NCBI GenBank assembly: GCA_950097015.1
Contig: CATNEN010000005.1
Span: forward strand, 5,022,001-5,086,000
Length of the DNA stretch: 64,000 nucleotides
Reading direction: 5' to 3'
DNA from: Macrostomum hystrix
Lineage: Eukaryota; Animalia; Platyhelminthes
Both the position numbers and the translations under genes were made by a program. Under the pieces are notes generated by a model that was not told the origin of the DNA, made no database searches, and saw only the letters and a program-made list of their open reading frames with translations. Shown one piece after another: positions 1 through 10,410 of the stretch (position 1 is the first letter of the stretch; each line of letters starts with the position of its first letter).

Positions 1-160
1 AATCAAAATCAAATCATGAAAAAAAAGTTTTAGCAAAAGCAACCGCAAAGAATATTAGCAAAAGCTCGAAAAAAGAGACTAAATCTAACATAAACGCACT
101 GCAAATAATAGTCTTTAAACGGCCAAAAAACAGTCACTAAACAGTCCATCACAATCATAC

Positions 161-3100
161 TCAGTCATCAGATCGGTAGCGGGCAGGCAACACGCCCTTT
201 GTGGTCCTGGCCGACCGCCGCGGAAGCTCGCCAGCCTTAGCAGGTGCTCGATCTGCTGCCGTTGCTTCCGGACTGGTTGTGCCCTCTTGTCTCGCTGCGA
301 CGACGTCCTCAGCCTCTGGAGTGGCTTGCTGCGGAACCAGGTGAAGGTCCCGACGGTTCCGAACGAGCTCACGGCCGTGTTGCGTCTGCACCCGGTAGGA
401 GCGCAGAGCCGGATCAGCTTCCACGACGACTGCTGGCTCCCATTTGAAATCTTGACGGTAGCGGACAGCATCACCGACATGCAGTTCTGGTAGAGTTCGG
501 CTATGCTCGTCGTAGTAACGCTGTTGAACCGCCTGCAGCGGAGCCTTGGAGAACTCGGTTGTCCTGTTCTGGACCAATGCTCTGCTGTCTGCTGGCAGCT
601 TCGTCCGAATCAGCCGACCGAACATTAGCTCACTCGGACTAGTTTTGGTTCCACTGATCGGTGACGCCCGATATTCCATCAGCGCTACCTCCGGCTGGTC
701 CGATTTCCGCAGAATGCTCTTTGCCACTTTGACTGCCTTCTCAGCCATTCCATTAGACTGCGCATGACCTGGAGACGATCGCGTGTGTCGGAAACCGAAC
801 TCAGCAGCAAACTCTTGAAACTTGAATGAGCTAAACGGGGGTCCATTGTCGCTGACCAGCTCCTTGACGATTCCGAACCTGGCAAACATAGACTTTATTC
901 TAGAAATTACCAGAGCAGCTCCTGACTGCTGGCCCAGTTTTGCCAACTCAATCCAATTGCTGTAGTAACATGTAACGACCAGCCACTTGTCACCCTTAAA
1001 GTCGAGCAAATCGCAGGCAACCTTTGTCCATGGTGAATCTGGAACCTGATGGCTCATCAGCGGCTCCCTTGGATTGGCAGGCTGAAATGCCTGGCACGTA
1101 GTGCAGCGACTCACGAACCGTTTGATATCGCCTGACATTCCAGGCCAGTACAGAATCTGACGCGCACGCGCTTCGGTCTTGCCCATTCCAGCATGGCCTT
1201 CGTGCAGAATCTCCAGGATCTTCTGACGCAGTGAGACAGGCACAATGACACGGTTCACCTTCAGCAGTACGCCTTCGTGATAGACCAGTTCTTCCTTGAA
1301 GCTCCAGTAAGAACGGATAGATGAACAAACACGGCGGTAATCTGTTGGCCAACCATCCTGAACGAACTGTGCCACAAGAGACAAATCGCGATCCTTGCTA
1401 GTCTCGTCACGAATTTCTTGCATCCGAACGGCAGATATCGGTAGACTCCTGCACAGCTGGTGGACCTCCACCTCGATTTCATCATCCAAAGCTGCCTCGG
1501 TCTCTGGCAAGTACGCTCTTGACAACGTGTCGGCAATCTGCATCTTGGATCCTGGTGACCACGAGACCTTCAGATTGTACCTTTTGAGCTGGTACAGCAT
1601 TCGAGCAATTCTCGGTGGGGCGTGAACCAAATCTCGTTTGAAAATTATCCCCAGCGGCTTGTGATCAGTCGTGACTCGAACCACTGGTAGGCCATAGACG
1701 TAGTCATGAAACTTTTTGCAAGCAATCACGACAGCCAGCGTCTCCTTCTCAATCTGGGCATAATTTTTCTGCGTCGAAGTCAAAGCTGCGGAACCATACG
1801 CGACAGGCTGTCCATTCTGTAGCAGCGCACAACCAACTCCAACAGATGAACTGTCAACTTGCAACTCGACATCTACTGTAGGATCAAACAGCCTTAATAC
1901 GGGTGCTTGCGTCAATACTTCTTTCAGCTTCTCAAAAGCTTTTTGCTGCCTTTCCTGCCAGTCGAACAGCACATCCTTCTTTAAAAGCGAGCGAAGTGGA
2001 TCCGTTAGGTCTGACGCTTTCGGAATAAATTTGCCGAGGTAGGTGGCCATGCCCAGCAGCCGCATCACCGCCTGCTTGTCCTCGGGCACTGGAAGCTCCT
2101 GGATTGCTTTCACCTTAACAGGGTCTGGCATCACTCCATCAGAAGAGATCACATGACCGACATAGTTGACAGACGAGACGCCAACCCTCAACTTCCTGCG
2201 ATTAAGCTTCAAATTCACTCTTCGAGCCTCGTTGAGGACCTTCAATAGCTTCTGGTCGTGCTCCTCGCGCGTCTTTCCCCAGACCAGCATGTCGTCAACA
2301 ATGACCTCAGCCCAGCTGCTGAAGATCTTGCTAAGCTCACGCTGATAAACTTCGGGAGCATCGATTGTTCCAGGGGGCAGTCGCACAAACTTGTACCTGC
2401 CCCATGGGGTGTTGAAGGTACACAGTTCCGAGCATTTTTCATGGAGTCTGATTTGCCAAAAGCCAGTCTTTGCATCTAGAACCGTGAAAAACTTGGCTCC
2501 TGGGATTCGCGCTATAACTTGCTCCACCGTCGTCATTGGGTAGTGAGCGCGCTTAATGGCCTTATTAAGATGCGTTGGATCTATGCAGAGCCGCAGACTA
2601 CCATCGGGCTTGTGAACCGTGACCAGAGAATTAACCCAGTCAGTAGGCTCAGCAACTTTCACTATGACTCCAAGCGATTCCATACGCTGCAACTCCTCTT
2701 GAACCTTCTCTTGCAAGGCAAACGGGATCTTTCGAGGCGCGTTGACTACCGGCATGACACGATCATCCAGGGTGAAAGAGTGTACGTACGGCAGGCAGCC
2801 TAACTTTTCATCGAATAGGTCAGCGAACTCCTTAAGTACAAAGTTCTCATCGATACATGGTTGCCGACAGACAACCTCAACACGTCGGACAAGGTCCAAT
2901 GCACTCAGCGCTGGAAGGCCCAGGATGCCTTGCTTCACATCTGACACCATGAACTCCAGCTCAGATGACTTGCCCTGCACCTTTACCATCAGCCTGCACT
3001 TCCCAAGAACCGGAATGCGCGCCCCGCCAAAGGCAGTCAGAACTGTTCGAGTGGCGCACAGCTGCTCCCCAGCCGGAAGCAGGTGAGCAGGCAACACGTT

Positions 3101-4093
3101 CACCTCTGCTCCAGTGTCCATCTTACATTTCAGCCTCTCACCATTTGGCAGCTGGACTTCGGCTAACCAAGCTGATTCACCATCAGACTGCAGTGTTCCG
3201 ATGAAGCAAACCTCATCCCCGTCCGGACGGGGCTCAGCAGCTTCCGCGACACCCACAGTCATGACTTTCTGGCTTTTACTCTGGCACTGACTACGGAAGT
3301 GATTCATGCGGCCACAACTCAAGCATCGCTTACCGAAAGCAGGACACTTGCCTTCACGATGACCGTATCCGCAGTGGTTGCAGCGTGCAAACTGCTGAGT
3401 CGGAGCTGTGCGAGCGGCGTTCGCTCCAAACTGACTTCGAGTGTCTGCTTGTGCGCTGGGTGCTGAGTTGCCATGGCTACCGCTTGAATGCTGTCGTGTG
3501 GTCACTTGACTTAACGAAGATGACGCTCTTACGGAGTTCAGGCCTTTCTCGACTTCCTTCATCTGATGCTTGGCGGATTCAGCAGCTCGGCACATGTCGA
3601 TCGCCGTTCTCAGATCGAGCTCCGGCTCTCGGAGTAGCCGCTCTCGCATTCGAGAGTCATTGCAGCCCAAGACGATCTTGTCCCGGATCATTTTTTCTTT
3701 TTGAGTGTCGAAGTTGCACGTTGTGGCAAGGCGCTTCAAATCGGTCACAAATAGGTCCACAGGCTCCGCTTCTTTCTGGTCTCGCTCCCAGAACTTGAAT
3801 CGTTCGAACACTTCGCTAGTGCGCGGGCTAAAATGCTCATCGAAACGTCCCAAAACATCTTCTAGAGTTCGGCGTTTATCAGCGGTGCTTTTCTCCTCCT
3901 CTTCACCGTCTTCAAATTCTAGCGTGTTGTAGATGTCCAGCCCGGTGTCACCGATGAGGTGCAGGAACAAATTGATTCGGCGCTCTTCTTCAACAATGCC
4001 TGTGGCCCTGAGGTAGATCATGAATTTCTGACGCCATCGTTTCCAAGTCTCGTTGGAGTCGGTCTCCAACTCTCCGGGCGGTTTCAGGTCCAT
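161..4093 (-). CDS. gag-pol: Ty3/Gypsy gag-pol polyprotein, single uninterrupted 1310-aa ORF (Gypsy-1)
   Basis: Two Cys/His knuckles (CNHCGYGHREGKC, CLSCGRMNHFRSQC); protease DTGAEV; RT (LCIDP, LDAKTGFWQI, IVDD); RNase H (VDSS, EKE, TDHKPL, ADTLSR); integrase HHCC and D-D-E motifs (DLL, SDNGPPF, NGMAE). Domain order PR-RT-RH-IN. Confidence 0.97.
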   Translation of the reverse strand: MDLKPPGELETDSNETWKRWRQKFMIYLRATGIVEEERRINLFLHLIGDTGLDIYNTLEFEDGEEEEKSTADKRRTLEDVLGRFDEHFSPRTSEVFERFKFWERDQKEAEPVDLFVTDLKRLATTCNFDTQKEKMIRDKIVLGCNDSRMRERLLREPELDLRTAIDMCRAAESAKHQMKEVEKGLNSVRASSSLSQVTTRQHSSGSHGNSAPSAQADTRSQFGANAARTAPTQQFARCNHCGYGHREGKCPAFGKRCLSCGRMNHFRSQCQSKSQKVMTVGVAEAAEPRPDGDEVCFIGTLQSDGESAWLAEVQLPNGERLKCKMDTGAEVNVLPAHLLPAGEQLCATRTVLTAFGGARIPVLGKCRLMVKVQGKSSELEFMVSDVKQGILGLPALSALDLVRRVEVVCRQPCIDENFVLKEFADLFDEKLGCLPYVHSFTLDDRVMPVVNAPRKIPFALQEKVQEELQRMESLGVIVKVAEPTDWVNSLVTVHKPDGSLRLCIDPTHLNKAIKRAHYPMTTVEQVIARIPGAKFFTVLDAKTGFWQIRLHEKCSELCTFNTPWGRYKFVRLPPGTIDAPEVYQRELSKIFSSWAEVIVDDMLVWGKTREEHDQKLLKVLNEARRVNLKLNRRKLRVGVSSVNYVGHVISSDGVMPDPVKVKAIQELPVPEDKQAVMRLLGMATYLGKFIPKASDLTDPLRSLLKKDVLFDWQERQQKAFEKLKEVLTQAPVLRLFDPTVDVELQVDSSSVGVGCALLQNGQPVAYGSAALTSTQKNYAQIEKETLAVVIACKKFHDYVYGLPVVRVTTDHKPLGIIFKRDLVHAPPRIARMLYQLKRYNLKVSWSPGSKMQIADTLSRAYLPETEAALDDEIEVEVHQLCRSLPISAVRMQEIRDETSKDRDLSLVAQFVQDGWPTDYRRVCSSIRSYWSFKEELVYHEGVLLKVNRVIVPVSLRQKILEILHEGHAGMGKTEARARQILYWPGMSGDIKRFVSRCTTCQAFQPANPREPLMSHQVPDSPWTKVACDLLDFKGDKWLVVTCYYSNWIELAKLGQQSGAALVISRIKSMFARFGIVKELVSDNGPPFSSFKFQEFAAEFGFRHTRSSPGHAQSNGMAEKAVKVAKSILRKSDQPEVALMEYRASPISGTKTSPSELMFGRLIRTKLPADSRALVQNRTTEFSKAPLQAVQQRYYDEHSRTLPELHVGDAVRYRQDFKWEPAVVVEADPALRSYRVQTQHGRELVRNRRDLHLVPQQATPEAEDVVAARQEGTTSPEATAADRAPAKAGELPRRSARTTKGVLPARYRSDD

Positions 4094-4125
4094 GCACTAT
4101 TAAATTACTGTAGCTTGCGATGCCA

Positions 4126-4302
4126 TGTGATGAGCGCGGACGAGAGCAAAGCTCCAACCAATCTATTTGGCTTCAGCCGATATATAAGTAGCTCACGCAG
4201 AGCCAGACGCGATTACATAATATGGTAGCATGAGAGAGAGAACGCTAGCATGTACACCTAGACGGGTGTACAAACTTGTGCACAGACGCTATACTCATGA
4301 CA
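4126..4302 (-). repeat. 5' LTR of Gypsy-1 (about 177 bp)
   Basis: TG...CA ends with imperfect terminal inverted repeat (tgtgatgag / ctcatgaca). On the minus strand it is followed directly by a PBS-like TGGCATC and then the gag ATG. The 3' LTR is not visible in the window. Confidence 0.75.
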
Positions 4303-4352
4303 GCGGTCAGCGGTCGGCGACTGACGTCGGTCAGACCAAGGACCACACTGTA
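4303..4352. mobile_element. Possible terminal inverted repeat of a Tc1/mariner-like element into which Gypsy-1 inserted
   Basis: Ends ...GGACCACACTG|TA, which is CAGTGTGGTCC on the minus strand with a flanking TA. Only one end is seen. Confidence 0.25.
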
Positions 4353-6276
4353 GTATAACTACAATAAAACGAATCGGACTTACTTAGCTGTATCTTATTT
4401 TGAGGTGTGAAAAATTCCGATGGTAAATAACTATCTTGCAGCATCGGCTTATTTTACAGACATATTAACTACTATAATAGTGTTCTAAATCAGCCACCAG
4501 CTATAAGCTTCGTTGTATAATTTTAAGTTGGTCACGCGCTTTTAATTTTCTTTTTGTCAAGTGGATATTTGCGCGTTTAATATTATTCTCTGAGAAGCGG
4601 TAGATTTATTAATTGTAGATCAAGATCATTCTGCTGTGATCGTTTGTTTTTTAATAGCATTTTTAATATAGGAGTATAGTATCAAAAAGTTACGGCTGCA
4701 TGCAAATATTATTCACCTGAAAAAAGAGTCGATGACAATTGGAGGGGTACAAAAGAGGGGCAGAAAGAAGTCCAAATTACGGGGGTCCTATTTCAATAGT
4801 TCCATATGGGATTCCTGTATATCAAAAGTTTATTTTGAAGGTTCAGCTAGCTTTCTTCACGGCTGAGTATGATTCATCGAATCACGCGCTTTGTCCTCCA
4901 GGGCTGCCTCAATTGACACACAATTATATGGGGGAAACTGGCAATTTTTGGAGGGTTATAAGAATAAATATTTAAATCGAAGCCCATAATTGGACACATC
5001 GCGACATCACACAAAGCATTTCTTCCGAATTGCTTGGGAAGAGGAAAATAAATGCGTAGAGCAATTAATGCTGGTTGTCTGGACTGGCTTTTAATTCACC
5101 GCCCGAGTTTTCTACCCTGCTGTGGCCTCCTGGCCAGTATTTTTACTGGCATATAATAATATTTATAAGCATTGCATGTCGACGCACAAGTGATCTATTA
5201 GTGGACCGTTTAATCCAATCTGTCAGTAAGTTTTGCCTTTCTGCTGGTTTCTTAATAATAAGCGTGTGAAACTACAGCTTTTGTCGGAGAAAGCTTTTGT
5301 AATGTCTCCAAGTCTCAGAAAGTGAACTTTTTTTGTTAAAATGTATGATGAAGTAAAAATTTGAAGTTAGAAGCGAACGCTTTCAATCAAGGCAGGCTCT
5401 GCGTGGGTTAGCCTACTATCATTGATGTTAATATTAATATCTATATTAACTTGAATATAATTAAAATCAGTCTAACAAAACGAGATCTTAGCGTAAGAAC
5501 TTTTGTACAAGATAATTCCTCTTAACTTCTCTGGCAGCTCTTTACGAGATACGACAGCATTGGATTACAACTTTACCAGACTACCACTACCAGTAAGTTT
5601 TGTTAGTTTTATTTTTATGCTGTTAGATATTTTAACGTTTCTAATAGCCTTAGGGTTATTAATTTTTTGTAGCACATTAAGAAGTGTAGGGTCTATTTGT
5701 TGTAAAGTTCTATCTTAATTTTTTTCTCAAATCTATTAATAATTTTCAACATTGCCATTTTTGGTTTTTAAACCAAATTTTTTATTATTTAGAGCTTTGC
5801 ATGCTTGTTTGCAAGATGGCCACACCAACCTTTTTTCTAATTATATTCATTGCAGCTGTGATCTTTAAACAATCTTCTTGAATTTTAATCTTTTAAAGTA
5901 GTTCCTGTAGTTCACTGTAGTTAAAGTAGGGCCTAGTTCCTGTTTTAGTAGGTTAATTAATCTGTGTCTACAGACAGGTTTTTATGTTAAGTTCAAAGAG
6001 AAACTTAATTTTCCATATATAAACCACAGGCCCATTCAGTGAGCTCTGATATAGATTATTGGTCAGAAAAGTAGTTTTAGTTCTAAATATTTGGCTTCCC
6101 TTTTGAAATTCTGAAAGAATAGTCATTTTGAATATAACATCATATATCCCTCAACGATATACATATCCATTTACACCATAGTCCGGATCATGCTGGACTT
6201 ACGCCGGAGGAAAAATCCAACATTTTTGGCACTTACGCCAGACTTACGCCAACCAAAAAAAGGTCCCTCTGACTTA

Positions 6277-6550
6277 TGTAGCAGCCGTCCTTGCTTATTA
6301 TTATTATTATTATTAGCTGTCCTCGCTGTGCAGTTTTATTTATCCTAGTTTCTAATATTTGTCTATTAGTATCACGTGAATGACGTGTTACTATGGTAGC
6401 TGAATGTGCCCGAGCGGTAAGGCACTCCCTAAAATTCTATTTCCAGTCTTCCGGGGCTTTACGCGGTGGATTGAAGTTGCCCGGTAGTCACGATCAGGAC
6501 TGACCATACACTACGTATGATCTCACTATATTTATCTGTCCAGGATAACA
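6277..6550 (-). repeat. Probable 3' LTR of the Gypsy remnant inside the TIR element
   Basis: TG...CA boundaries, AATAAA on the minus strand, position downstream of the integrase and accessory ORF. No second LTR is available to confirm it. Confidence 0.35.
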
Positions 6551-6567
6551 CACCCTAAATAGTAAGG

Positions 6568-6770
6568 CAATACGTCGTAATTTGATCAACAATACGTCGA
6601 TATATCCTAACTAATAAGACAATACGACTTATTTAGATCAACAATACGTTGATATACCCTAACTAATAAGACAATACGTCTTATTTAGATCAACAATACG
6701 TTGATTTAACCTAAGTAATAAAGACAATACGTCTTTATTTAGATCAACAATACGTTGATATACCCTAGAT
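6568..6770. repeat. Tandem repeat, about 52-bp unit, nearly 4 copies
   Basis: GATCAACAATACG recurs at 6584, 6636, 6688 and 6742. Confidence 0.9.
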
Positions 6771-7335
6771 AATAGTATAGAACTAGTACAGTTCAACACT
6801 ATGATCACCGTATACTTCCTCGTTACCAGAACTTATACAGTTCTAGAACCTTTAAATAAATAACACTAAGTTATAATGGCTTCTTTTACTTTTTGAATAA
6901 ATTTTATAGCCAACAGTGAAGGAAGTTATATTTCAAGGACGTAAAACTGCTGCTATATATACCAAAAGGTTGGGGTGGTGGAGAAAATAAAAACAAATAT
7001 CGTAACTAAATTCCTTTTTAAACGAGAAGACTAATTATTACAAAAGAATAAAAGCATTTACTATACTAATAAAATACATTTTATAATACAATTTATTGAC
7101 AATATTTGTTTACACAAAAAAATTTAAAATAATAATAAAATTCTAAAACGATAAACTTCTAACTACCTCAACTGGCTTCCCTTTACAATAATTTTTAAAA
7201 AGAAGTGAAAAAATTATAAAAAGAAACATAAAAGCATAAGAGCATAATATATACACAAGGGATAGGCACAAAGGATAAAAAAGGGAAAATATGAAAGTAT
7301 AAAACATATATATGAAAGTCCGAACATGTAATAAT

Positions 7336-8394
7336 TCAATCCTCGTCCAGGGCAAACTCTTCAGGCAGCTGGTCCTTAAAGGGCCAGCCGACTTCCTGGC
7401 CGATCCAGGCGACTTCAATACGCATTTTCGTGACGTTGTAGCCATTGGCGATCAAATCCAGCGAGTGTAGCGCATACTGGGTGGCTCGCCGCCATGCGGC
7501 CACAGCATGCTCTGGTGAGAAGTTGCGTTTTAACTTATGGATAACCGGCATAATTTCTTCTCGTCTTGGTGGTGGCCGTTTATCTTCATACCGCCCAGTC
7601 TTTAAATAATATTGTTTTAGTAGTGCGACCTGGCGTTTTAACTGTTGTTGTTGGTTGCCTTCTAAGGTATGCAGTAGCACACTATACTCTTCACCCATAT
7701 TATTAGACAGTATTTGTGATGATTTTGCCTTGATTTCTTGTCTTAAATCCTGTTGTGGTGGCTTCCTCGGGTCACGAGGAGGTGAAACAGATTTGCCTGT
7801 TGGCACCGGCTGTGCTGGTTTTCTTGTTGGTGGTGGTAACTCTAATGGCTGCGGTTTCTGCCATTTTCGAGTTGCCTTTGGTGGTGCCCGCCAGATTGAC
7901 TGGGTTAACAACGTGCTAGGCTTGGCGCCTTCAGGGTGACGTTTTATCACTTCTTCAGATATTACTACGGGGGTGTTTGCTTGTAAGCGTAGTAATTTAT
8001 GCTTGTCAGCTGTTGGTTTCGTCACCACGGATGCCAGTCTTTTTCTTCCTTGCTGTGGCATCGCTGCCGGCTTCTGTGTGGGTAGGTTGTTGTTCTCCTT
8101 TACCACTTGAAGGACCGTGGGCAGTATTTGTGGCTTCTGTAAGGCGGTTGGCACAGCAGGCGCAGTACGCACCTCTGGCCCATCCTTCTTGGCTGGTTTT
8201 CTTGTCGTACCTACGGACTTAGGCCAAGTCGGCTGCTTCTCGGGTGCCTCATTTTCAGCTTCTTTCTCCCAATCTTTAGCGACAAGATCACTATCGGTTA
8301 ATAATAGCTGATCCTCGATGTTCATTTCTTCACTCTCGCTATCGCTTAAGAATAACTGCTTGGCGAGGTCCTCCTGCGATGCTGTCCTAATCAT
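7336..8394 (-). CDS. Gypsy 3' accessory ORF (352 aa), function unknown
   Basis: Intact ORF downstream of integrase on the same strand, with its own CCAAT/TATA promoter. Acidic N-terminus, motif EAPEKQPTWPK, Pro/Lys-rich middle, ordered C-terminal domain. Confidence 0.75.
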   Translation of the reverse strand: MIRTASQEDLAKQLFLSDSESEEMNIEDQLLLTDSDLVAKDWEKEAENEAPEKQPTWPKSVGTTRKPAKKDGPEVRTAPAVPTALQKPQILPTVLQVVKENNNLPTQKPAAMPQQGRKRLASVVTKPTADKHKLLRLQANTPVVISEEVIKRHPEGAKPSTLLTQSIWRAPPKATRKWQKPQPLELPPPTRKPAQPVPTGKSVSPPRDPRKPPQQDLRQEIKAKSSQILSNNMGEEYSVLLHTLEGNQQQQLKRQVALLKQYYLKTGRYEDKRPPPRREEIMPVIHKLKRNFSPEHAVAAWRRATQYALHSLDLIANGYNVTKMRIEVAWIGQEVGWPFKDQLPEEFALDED

Positions 8395-8501
8395 TCTCAG
8401 TACGAGAGTGACTTGGTTGCTTCAGAATTCAATACGAATTTAGAAGCTGAGATTTCTCAATACGAGAAAACAATTGACTTCTTTACGCCACAGGGGCTCT
8501 G

Positions 8502-8574
8502 TTTATATAGAGTTCTGAAGAGGGGGGTTACGTAATAGTTCCTTCCTTTTCAATAGCTACTGGGTTTCCATTGG
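8502..8574 (-). promoter_or_regulatory. Internal Pol II promoter (CCAAT + TATA) of the accessory ORF
   Basis: Minus-strand GCCAAT at about 8570-8575 and TATATAAA at 8502-8509, about 60 nt apart and about 108 nt upstream of the ATG at 8394. Confidence 0.6.
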
Positions 8575-8730
8575 CCGCAACAACCCCTTCTCTTTCTCTC
8601 CCTTATGTACATAGACCCCCTCTTTCTTTGTTTAGCTTAGATTTTAATGCTCCCTAGGAAGGTGAGAGTGGACAACAACCTCTTTAGGTGACAACCACAC
8701 TGTGCCGTACCCCTTGGTTGTTGTCGTAAA

Positions 8731-9765
8731 TTATATTGTTGAGTGGGGTGGGCAGCCTCTTTCTTGTTCTGTGTGTGCTGGCTCCTTATCGATTATTTCG
8801 CCCTCTCTTTCAATCTCGGAATTGTCTGACTCAGCCTCTGCAATTACTGCCGGCTCAATTTCACTAGATAATTCTTCTCCTACTTCTATTTCAGCTCCAA
8901 CTTCGATGTCTTCTTCGTTAATAAGCTCTTCTTCATTGTCCGTCTCTTCAGATTCTTCTTCAATCGCGGATTCCTCTGTTTCTTCATTTATTTCTTCTGT
9001 GGCTTCGCTGCGGATATCGCAATGCCAATTAATTTCATCCTCCGATGATGACTCTTCTGATTCAATGCAAATTATTTGTTTCTGTGCTCTGGGGTGGCTT
9101 CCCTTAATTTTCTGTCCTTTCTTGCTGGCTGAGGAGCCCTCCTGGCTTCCCTTATTTGTTACATCTGTGGTTGAATTAGGAATGGGCATTAGATTGTCTC
9201 GGTGGACCAACATTACGTTGCCACTACGAATTCCATTTTCTTCTTTCTGCACTCGGAAAACTACCTCTGAAATCTTGTTGAGCACTCGAAAGGCGGATCT
9301 TTTCTTCCGATGAAACTTGTGTGATTCTTCACTGTTCAGTTGTGGATTATTAATTAATACTAGGCATCCGATGGGAACTTCTTTCGGTGGTTTGTTAATT
9401 TCTGCTGCTATCTGCCTTTTGCTGACTACTCCCTCTAGTTTTCTTTTCACAATCTCCTGAGCTTCGACTAACCTTTCAGCATGTTTGGCGATGTACGATG
9501 GATAATCGGCATGTTCGACTGCTTCTTTGATTTGGCTGTCTAACGGCATTACAGCTTCTCTGCCAAACAACAGGAAGTGGGGTGTAAAACCAGTTGTTTT
9601 GTTGACACTAGTGCGGACAGCAACTAGGGCGGCAGGAATCATCAAATCCCAGTTACTGTGATCTTTCTCGATCAAACAAGTAATAATGGACTTGATCTGC
9701 TTATTAAACCTTTCCACAAGACCATTGCTCTGCGCATGATACGGCGTGGTGCATGTGTGTTTCAA
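8731..9765 (-). pseudogene. pol: 5'-truncated Gypsy integrase C-terminal half with long acidic tail
   Basis: TPYHAQSNGLVERFNK, WDLMIPAALVAVRT, GFTPHFLLFGRE, VHRDNLMPIP; clearly related to the integrase at 29029-30816. Confidence 0.92.
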
Positions 9766-10410
9766 GTTGTAAAGGTTGTTAGAATTCTAAAACGATAAAC
9801 TTCTAACTACCTCACTTACGCCACCCAAAAAAGGTCCTTCACAATTCTTGTTAATCGGTGATTAATTAAATTCAGAAGTTGCAGCTGTTTAAAAATCTCA
9901 CAAGTTGCAAATTCTGAATCAAGTATCAAAGTAAGCATCTTAAAGCTAAAAAAACTTTTGCTATCCTACAATAGATATTCTGCTATCTCATTTATACGAA
10001 CTGCAATATTTTAATGAACTTAGTTTTAATGCTGCTCCTTAACATCATAATTAACGCAAATGTGTTATGTTCTATAGTGATACATTTGATCGTGAATGAT
10101 CTCATTTGTGCTAACATTTACGCCACTTGATTTATGCCATGTACTTACGCCAAGCACTTACGCCAAGGCACATTTTGGCCTATACTTACGCCAAGCACTT
10201 ACGCCAGCCTCCGATCCCAAACCAGATTTACGCCGGAGATCTCCGGCGTAAACGACATGATCTGGACTATGGCATTTACATGACTTACTTACTCATTGCT
10301 ACCTACTTCCTACTTTCCACTTTCTTTGGCATATTTGGCTTAAAAAATATGCAACTCTCTTGCTTATCTGGTCTTATATGTCTTGGTTTTGTATAGAAAA
10401 ACAATAACTA

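Larger units (their letters stand above)
6176..10272. mobile_element. Non-autonomous TIR DNA transposon with 8-bp TSD (hAT or P class)
   Basis: TIRs CCATAGTCC(G/A)GATCATG at both ends; exact 8-bp TSD CATTTACA (6168-6175 and 10273-10280); subterminal CTTACGCCA arrays. No transposase inside. Confidence 0.85.

Noticed and set aside
5650-5900. Degenerate LINE endonuclease (IQE...KVGVAIL on minus)
   Set aside because: Only two short motifs amid many stops; too weak to annotate.
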